A DNA stretch of 64,000 bases from Massalongia carnosa (lineage: Eukaryota). The position numbers were made by a program, and so were the translations under genes. The stretch lies in NCBI GenBank assembly GCA_965645245.1, contig OZ287071.1:1860001-1924000 (forward strand), read 5' to 3'. The first letter of the stretch is position 1; each line of letters starts with the position of its first letter. Shown here piece by piece: positions 62,301 to 64,000 of the stretch. The notes below the pieces were generated by a model that was not told where the DNA came from, searched no databases, and saw nothing but the letters and a program-made list of their open reading frames with translations.

Positions 62301-64000
62301 ACGCTGTCTTGATTTGATAAATCTTCCTCATTATCGTCAATAAATGGGTTTTTTGTATACATTGCTGACACAAATGCATCGCATTTGTCACCAAACTGAA
62401 CATTTAGCTTGTTTTCATGTAGAATCGGCGGTATTTTTTCGAATATTCGCGGTTTAGTGTATTTATACGCGGTAAATACATCTTTATTTGCTGCATTTTC
62501 AAGAAAAGTCAACCATGTTTGTTGTTTTGATTTTCGAATTGCATGAAAATACTCGATTCGACTATGTTTAAACGTCCGATGACTAAAATCGGACGGATAA
62601 TTCTTCCATTCTCGACGATGTCTGCACATGGTTTTTCGAAGTTCAGTTAAATCTTTCGACCACCAATTTTTCGATTTTGCACAAATTTTCGTTTTCGGAA
62701 TAAACATTTCAGCCGCGTTTTTGATAACGTTTTGCAAATATATCGCTGATTCGTCGAATTGATGATTATTCAATAAACTTTGAACTTGTGATTCGTAGAT
62801 GGTTGAATTTTCGTCTAGATACTTCGCGAATTTATTCCAATCAGCTTTATTGCAATTGTATTTATTCGATAATGCGGTTGCATGTGACGTCAAGTTTTTG
62901 AAAGATGTCATTAGTTCAAATCGGATGACTTCATGATCAGAACCTATGACTGCGTTTTCATCGATTGACCAATTTGTAATTGCATTTTCGATTTTAGAAT
63001 TTGCAAAAGTTAAATCAATAACAGATGAAGAACTTCCAGAATGGGCGTAGTATGTACATAAGTCAGGTGTGTTTATCAAGCTACACCTGTTTAATTTCAA
63101 CCATTTGACAAGATTTTCTGATCGAATTGCTTGTTGAATTTTCGAATTCCACCAGTTATGATGTGCATTGAAATCTCCACAGATGACGAATTGATCAGTT
63201 GATTTTGGTTGTAATTGGATTAAAAGTCGATCGATCGTGTATGTTTCTCGATGACTTTGACTTTTTTCGTTATAAATATTGAAAATCTGCACTTTTCGAA
63301 CTTCATAAATTGTAATTTCAATAATTTGCATATCGGAATCGTCAATAAGATCCGTTCTAGGCGTGCATTGCAGTTTGGAATTGCCATTTGTGACAAATAT
63401 AGCTACTCTCGAGCGATAAGTCGCTATTTTTGGCATAATACATGTAAATGAGGGATTTGATATTGTTTTTTGATCTCGTGTCCATGGTTCCTGAAACAAA
63501 ACAATATCAATTTGATTTGATAAAGCATATTCCAAACACGATATCATTGCATTCGTTGACTTTGCACAATTATGTTGAATAAATTTAACATTTTGTGTAT
63601 TTTCGATGTTTGTCAACGAATCCTGTCCTGCCATTACAAAGCGGCTAATTCGTCGGTCGATTTTCGAACATTTAACGATATAACCATTTCACAATTTTCA
63701 TCATTGGATTGATGATTCTTATTGCAATTCGCGCATTTGACGACGGCGTGTGCACAAGCAATTTTTGACTTGCATGTTGTGCATTCATGATTGCGTGTTT
63801 CATGGTTTTGCGCACATATGCTGCATTTCGCTTGACTTTTGCATTGATAATGCTTGTGTCCAAATTTTTGACAATTAATGCATTGTGTGTTTGGACGAAC
63901 GGAGGTAAATATTTCCGTGTCACAATGTCGGCCCGCGATATTGACTCCTTTTAACGCGTTCAAGGCCATATTTCGATCATTGAATGTCAAAACAACGGAT
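59388..64000 (-). mobile_element. LINE copy 'F' (A subfamily), continuing beyond the window
   Basis: Tail at 59388; ORF2 63634-59621 in one frame (4014 nt, same as LINE A) with nonsense changes TTA>TAA (61076) and GGA>TGA (60599); ORF1 3' end 63634-64000. Confidence 0.94.

Overview
Filamentous-ascomycete (Pezizomycotina-type) genomic window that is almost entirely transposable elements. A three-gene host island (MKT1-like, HSBP1-like, tigA/ERp38 PDI; ~3.1-8.9 kb) is preceded by a DIRS/Ngaro-type gag fragment and an intact Tc1/mariner transposase. It is followed by nested insertions: Tc1 inside a pogo/Fot1 element; a degenerate chromovirus; and a hAT element carrying two solo LTRs, one of which holds an intact chromovirus with identical LTRs. 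From ~30.6 kb to the window end lies a nest of at least seven copies/fragments of one Tad1-clade LINE group (APE-RT-RNase H) plus a young Copia element. Three LINE insertions and the Copia are delimited by target-site duplications. The most novel signal is non-coding: a ~43-nt T-loop motif occurring four times with compensatory base-pair changes in the reconstructed leader of one LINE, followed by a ~700-nt densely base-paired region with GNRA/UUCG loops. Also visible are recoding and priming signals: -1 frameshift hairpins and self-priming PBSs in both chromoviruses, and a candidate UGA-readthrough pseudoknot in the Copia. All structures were read by eye; no searches or folding programs were run.
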